Assembly: GCF_964213995.1 (NCBI RefSeq)
Contig: NC_135804.1
Span: 26,350,001-26,414,000, forward strand
Direction of reading: 5' to 3'
DNA length: 64,000 nucleotides
Source of the DNA: Mustelus asterias
Taxonomy: Eukaryota
Shown: in pieces, positions 60,096-64,000 of the stretch
Layout: every line of letters begins with the position of its first letter
Position numbering within the stretch: position 1 is the first letter of the stretch
Made by a program: the position numbers and the translations under genes
Notes under the pieces: model-generated
Seen by the model: only the letters and a program-made list of their open reading frames with translations
Databases searched by the model: none
What the model was told of the DNA's origin: nothing

Positions 60096-62379
60096 TCAGC
60101 CAGTCAAGTAACCGCTTTTGTAACAAGTTTGTTTTTAAATCACTAGTGCGTGCCTGTACCTGTTGTTTGGTTTTAAATTTGTTCCTGCATTTTTCTACAT
60201 TACAAATTGTTGTACTTTTCGTGGTGAAGCTTGTGTGAGAGGGATGTTTGGTTTAAAGTTTGTGTTTTGATGTTTAGGGTTTTTTGCCTTCTAAGAAATG
60301 AAAGCACACTTTTAAAAATGGTACAGGAAAGAATAGAAAACTTGAATTGAGTGAAGAAACCTTTCATCAGTGCTATGTATCATTTATCATGTTGCTAATC
60401 AGAGCTCGAATTTAACCGTTGGCAGATGGGAAATTTAGTGAAATACATTGTCAACAAAGAGGTGATGTGGTGGTTTGGATTTTGTGGTTGCAATGACAGC
60501 AAAGCTGTCAATATCCGCTGTCATAACTGTGAAACTGACAGCAAGTATTGGTACTACCACGTGTACAATAAAACACGAAAATCGAGGAGTTACTCTTAAT
60601 GATTCCCAGGTCCGCCACAAGGTACGTTTTAAAGTCACCACAGAGAGGAATCTTTAGGACTCACCCGAATTGATGTGATGCTATTGGTCTTGCTGTGAAA
60701 AGCCTTGGTAATGTTATACCTTGTTGAATGAGGTGTAGCTAGGTGTTTAATAGCATACTTAGTTATTGCTGAACAACCTCTCTGGCCTAAAAAAAATACT
60801 AAACTTGTATTTATGGATTGTCAAATTATTCCATTTTGAAAAATTTCAGATATTTAAAATAATAGTTACTTTTTAAAGTGTGTTTATATTTCAGCTTCCA
60901 TCTTAATCCCATGTGTAAATCCCAGTCTTTATTTAATTGTTGGTAAAATGATTGAAAAGCAAAGATCAATCAGTGGTTGCTACTTTCCGGTTTGCTGTCT
61001 ATGAGAATTCTTCAGTGTGATAGCTTGCTTGGTGGGATCACCGTTTCTGAAGGTCAGAGATATCTTTGAGCTGACAACAGAAGGTAAGTAATATCGGGAA
61101 AGGTGAGGTACACACCGTGTAGATTGATAGATCTTTGTGGGCAGCTTCCTTTGAAATCCACGGCAAGTGCTGTCATTTCCTTGCCAGCTGGGCCAGTGTG
61201 TGTATGCATGCATGTGCATCTGGCTATATTAGCTATCTGCAGCAGCTAACACATTTTCAGTTTTGCATTTAGCCTGCCAAATGTAATCCCATTGAAAATC
61301 CAGGTGAATAATTGGGGGGGGCAGACAGAAATTGATCGCTTAACTCTCATCTATATTGTCTTGCGTGTGATGTGCAAGGAACTAGACCTTGAGCTTTTCT
61401 GCTCGAACAAATTGTTCATTTCTTAAAAGGTTCATCTGATTCTTTGAGGTAACACATCATTACCATTAATTATCTTGCCCTGAAGAAATCTGCACATTCC
61501 AATACTTTAATTGCTCATTCCGACAGATAGAATGCAGGTCATGTATTCTAATAAAATTCCCTGTAAAATGGGACTGCCCAGGTACTGGCAGTCATTTTAA
61601 GTACTGGATACATTAGGGTTGGGTAATAACTGCTGGCCTTGCCAGCGACACCCACATCCCTTGAACAAATAAATTAAAAATGCACTTGATAAATAATATA
61701 TCTTTTCATTCGGTCGCCTTGGGATAGTGCAGGTCTACTGACTATCTGGAGTCCATTGTAGCCTTGCGGTGATATTTAAGGATAATTGCTACTGTTCAAA
61801 GACATATTACCAATTCTGAGAAAATTGTTGGTGTAAAACCCTTGGGCTCTTTGACATCACACACCAAAGATGCATATATGATTACATGAGCCGTTCTACT
61901 GGACACCACAGCGTGGCTGATTAGCAAATTTTAGAGCATGTCAACTGTGTTGTACACTTCAAAAAAAATGCTGCATGCACTGTACACATTGTTAAGACTT
62001 TCAACACGTCTGGAACCTCTCAATACCAAAGGATCTTAATTATGTAGACTGGCAATATCAATGAGAAGACATCAGGGCAATATTGGGCAGTGTCTAAAAA
62101 TGGACACGGGGATTCCAATGTCAGGTTACCTTGTGCCTGTTACTTCTGATGTAGGCCGCACTCAACTCCATGCTGCCTGCTAAGTTAAATAATTGCAGAG
62201 TGCAGCCAACGCTAGGCGCACTGTTGCGTAGCTACATGTCTAAGCAGAGGATGCAAGATCATGCACGAGTTAAAACTAACCTACTCTACTTAAAGGCAGC
62301 CTACACTTCTTCAAGGTGAGGTGCATTGTGGCTGGACCGGGTACTGGAAGTCATTTGAAAAGTGCCTTTTTACATGGGG

Positions 62380-62625
62380 AACACTCAATAATGGCACAAT
62401 ATTTGCAGAATGCAGATTCCAAGACACTCAGTTGCTGCACGGGTGACCATGATTGAGAAGAGGAGATGTGATCTTTCCTGGGGGGGGCGGGGGGGCTAGA
62501 AAACCCTACAGACAAACTTTGCAAAGGCAGTGGGACCAGATAGCTGTGGAGGTAAATGCCAGGGACCAAGGATCTGGCTGCAGTTGTGCGAAAAAAATGC
62601 AATTACTTTGCACTTTGGACATCTT
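62380..62625 (+). pseudogene. Decayed Myb/SANT-like DNA-binding protein gene of a Harbinger transposon
   Basis: RRGDVIFP...RKPYRQTLQRQWDQIAVEVNA...CAKK resembles Harbinger/NAIF1-type Myb-SANT domains; the upstream part is frameshifted. Confidence 0.55.
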
Positions 62626-64000
62626 CAAAAACTATCAGACTGAAGAATCCCACCAACTGCAGTACTTGCTTCACATACTGCTCAATCCATGGCACTACCA
62701 TCACACCTACCAATAATCTCTATCAATCAGGACTCTCGTAGCTTCCCCTCATCCCCCCACACTTAGCATTGTTGCAAGCTTCACATCCACATCTCTCAGC
62801 TTTCACACCTTCCAGCTATTCGACCATAACAACCACAATCCCTAAACCCATTGCACAACACTCACTGATGCGCTTCCTTCTCCCTTGCAGGACTAGGTGG
62901 CACATAATCAAAACCGTATCTAACCAACGGGCGAAAGGCAGATCAGGACCGTGCCCACTGACCCAAATATGATGGCGAGCACAGAGGTGTGGCCATTTAG
63001 GAGGCTACTCCAAGAAGAATGTGCTGTCGGTCCTTTTCCAGTATGTGCAGGCTTTAGCCCCCATTTGGTCTTAACATTAGGGTCCCAAAGCCCGTGGGAA
63101 AATCCCAATTCATTGTTTCAGCACAACAATGGTATGCTGTATGATATTTCATCCAGCAATGTGGCTTTAATTATATGCATGGGGCTCCTACGTGCTTGGG
63201 TTGTGCACTGAAGTCCTGAGCCATGTCGACAATGGATAACTCTTGTCTTTCCACCCTTTGGTTGTGATAGCTCACATACAAATGGGCAGAGTGGACTGCT
63301 GCAGAATGAAGACACCATGACTGCAACAGGATACCAGGGATTGACCCGGATGATTTGTTGCATATGGATGCAAACCAGCTGAGCATTGAAGGTGTGTACT
63401 TTCAGTTACAGTCCATCTCAGAATTGACATGTAAGTTTCTCAGCCGCCACATGTGTGCAGTGAATGGCACCCTACACCCTGGCAAAGCCTGCAATCCTCA
63501 CAAAGCTTACTCTGCCTGCTACTCTCTGGCAATAGAAGAATGAATGTAATCACCTGTCTTAATTCTGCTCACTTCTCCTATGCAACAACGAATGGCAAAC
63601 TGGGAGATGCTGCAAATATCCCCTCATTGGTATTCAATCGTTCCCTCTGAATTTTTACCATCCGTATGCAAAATGAAAACAATACCAAGTAATGTGCAGA
63701 AATGTCTCACTGGTAGAAACAAAAAAAAACATATTTAATCTATATTTTTAAAGAGTTACCATAGCTATGGAAGAAAGAATATTAAAAGAAGGAATAATGA
63801 ACAAGGTGCAGTGTTTAAGTTGTTTATTTAAAATCAACGAAAAATAAAATGTCACACAACAAAATTGTTCCTCTGAGACTTTCAACTAAAGTATTTTCTT
63901 GACATGGGAAACAATATGTTATGATTAGTATTGATGCATGAAATAAAATAAGTTCTACTTTATGATTCAAATTAAAGATTATATCTCTTGACAAGGGAAA

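Noticed and set aside
60567-61555. RNF166 poly(A) signal (AATAAA at 60567 or 61550)
   Set aside because: Several candidates occur in AT-rich sequence, and I cannot choose between them without transcript data.

Overview
Vertebrate genomic DNA, almost certainly from a shark or other elasmobranch: it carries HE1/V-SINE-type SINEs, CR1 LINEs and Deu-domain SINEs. Two spliced genes lie head-to-head across a CpG island. CTU2 (minus strand) has coding exons 1-5 in the window, runs off the left edge, and its intron 3 has a GC donor. RNF166 (plus strand) is complete, with 6 coding exons, 705 nt / 234 aa and a 36.4-kb first intron. The introns are filled with CR1, L2, Rex1-like and Penelope-like (PLE) retroelements, several SINE families, and hAT and PIF/Harbinger-type MITEs. 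The most striking non-genic signal is a population of short (about 100-260 bp) PLE-derived insertions carrying minimal type I hammerhead ribozyme motifs. Their stems covary between families, many are head-to-head palindromes with 11-15 bp target-site duplications (TSDs), and two intact motifs lie in the sense strand of the RNF166 pre-mRNA. Also notable: a hAT MITE with a 127-bp-arm internal hairpin, two local templated duplications, and a degenerate 75-bp tandem array just after the RNF166 stop codon. Exon boundaries were read base by base; most repeat boundaries are approximate, and family names come from recall rather than a database search.
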